DNA of 52,219 bases from a virus. Its lineage: Duplodnaviria > Caudoviricetes. Made by a program: the position numbers and the translations under genes. The stretch spans positions 1-52,219 of the IMG/VR virus record IMGVR_UViG_3300048997_000467. One strand, 5' to 3'. The notes below the pieces were generated by a model that was given only the letters and a program-made list of their open reading frames with translations, was not told the DNA's origin and did not search any database. The stretch's first letter is position 1. The number at the start of each line of letters is the position of its first letter. This document shows, piece by piece, positions 51,236 to 52,219 of this stretch.

Positions 51236-51730
51236 ATGGCCGACGAACTCGCTCTCCGCCTCATGAAGTCCCTGCAGGACTTCCTCGGAACCCCCATCGT
51301 GGGCGATGCCGATCGCGAAGCCGCGCGCGCCTCCCTCGCCGCGCTCGCCTTCAAAAAGCGCGATGAAGATGCCCAGCTCACGCCGGAGAGCGAGGCCGAG
51401 AAAGCCCCCCGCTTCATCGCCACCGCGCGCGATCAAGGCCGGCACATCCAGTACGCGCCCATCCGCATCCTCTCGCTGGAGCTCACCATCCGCGTGAACG
51501 CCAAAGTGGCCAAGGGCAAGGTGGATCAAATCGCCCCGCTCTACGGCGCGCTGGAAACCCTCTTCCAGCTCACGAACCTGAAAGAAGCGCTCCACAGCGA
51601 AGCGCGCGGCATCGCCATCATGCGCGCCACCGTCCCCCAGGGCATCACCCACCGCGCCGAGGGCGATCTGCGCCTCCACACGCTCACCATCGATGTGCGC
51701 GCGGTCGCGTTCGAGCTGGTCGAGAACTGA
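51236..51730 (+). CDS. Putative tail terminator protein, 164 aa
   Basis: Size and position before the tail tube gene. Confidence 0.55.
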   Translation: MADELALRLMKSLQDFLGTPIVGDADREAARASLAALAFKKRDEDAQLTPESEAEKAPRFIATARDQGRHIQYAPIRILSLELTIRVNAKVAKGKVDQIAPLYGALETLFQLTNLKEALHSEARGIAIMRATVPQGITHRAEGDLRLHTLTIDVRAVAFELVEN

Positions 51731-51904
51731 GGGCGCGCGGAAGCGCGGTGGATTGGTGGATTGATGGATTGATGGCCCCGGAAGCGCGGCCGCGGAGCGC
51801 GCCGGCGGCTCTGCCAGCCATCCAATAATCCAGCAATCCAACAATCCGGCGCCCCGCCGCCCCCCGTTGACACCGCCGAAGCGCGTGACTCCCACCCACG
51901 CACC

Positions 51905-52219
51905 ATGGCCGCCGGCGACCCCAATCTTGTAAACCTCGCGAACTGCTTCTTTCTCCTCAACGCGGAGACGGGCGGCATCATCCAGACCTCCGAGCGCTCG
52001 GTGAATTCCAAGCTGAAGGAAATCTTCTTCGCCTCGCTCGGCTACGTGGCCGGCTACGTGTTCTACGATTTCGTGGCTTCGCAGGATTTCACGGCCATCG
52101 TCAATGGCACCTCCGGCATCGCCGCCGCCGCTCCCGGCGTGGCCCTCACCCTGGCCAATGATCTCGGCATCGGCGCCGCCAAGAACGGCGTGGCCACCGG
52201 CACCATCTACACCACCGGC
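51905..52219 (+). CDS. 5' part of putative major tail (tube) protein, continuing across the origin to 205
   Basis: ATG 51905 after TTGACAC 51867; open through the window end. Confidence 0.65.
   Translation, partial: MAAGDPNLVNLANCFFLLNAETGGIIQTSERSVNSKLKEIFFASLGYVAGYVFYDFVASQDFTAIVNGTSGIAAAAPGVALTLANDLGIGAAKNGVATGTIYTTG

Larger units (their letters stand above)
1..52219. mobile_element. Complete circular temperate phage genome (helper, 42,030 bp once the satellite is removed) carrying an integrated satellite
   Basis: 127-bp end overlap; head, tail, lysis, early and integrase modules present; intact attP-like site next to int; no host housekeeping genes. Confidence 0.93.

Noticed and set aside
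52093-52219. 127-bp terminal direct repeat as biological genome ends
   Set aside because: It falls mid-gene and matches a common assembler k-mer length; the terminase is cos-type with a cos-like site at about 29.15 kb

Overview
The window is a complete circular assembly: 52,092 bp plus a 127-bp end overlap (1..127 = 52093..52219). It is a GC-rich temperate siphophage-like genome in its attP form, with a lambda-type Nu1/gpA terminase, gpW and portal, an HK97-fold protease-capsid fusion, tail, lysis and early modules, two divergent RHH regulators, a tyrosine integrase and a tRNA-Leu-type attP. The host may be a Verrucomicrobiota/PVC bacterium (weak inference). The main result is a 10,062-bp satellite-like element (38823..48897) integrated inside the phage's major capsid gene at a duplicated TATTCCAC[T/G]CAGT core. 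Removing it restores a 642-aa protease-MCP reading frame and a 42,030-bp helper genome. The element has its own integrase, Xis and cos-like site. It also carries diverged paralogs of helper proteins: TerS, MCP, a packaging-accessory protein, a tail-completion-like protein, the tape measure, an 86-aa tail protein, a secreted protein and possibly a holin-like protein. It shares the helper's late TTGACAC motif (one copy precedes xis-int) and a 23-bp palindrome. It has no terL, portal or recognisable replication gene. All family assignments come from motifs read by eye; no database search was run.
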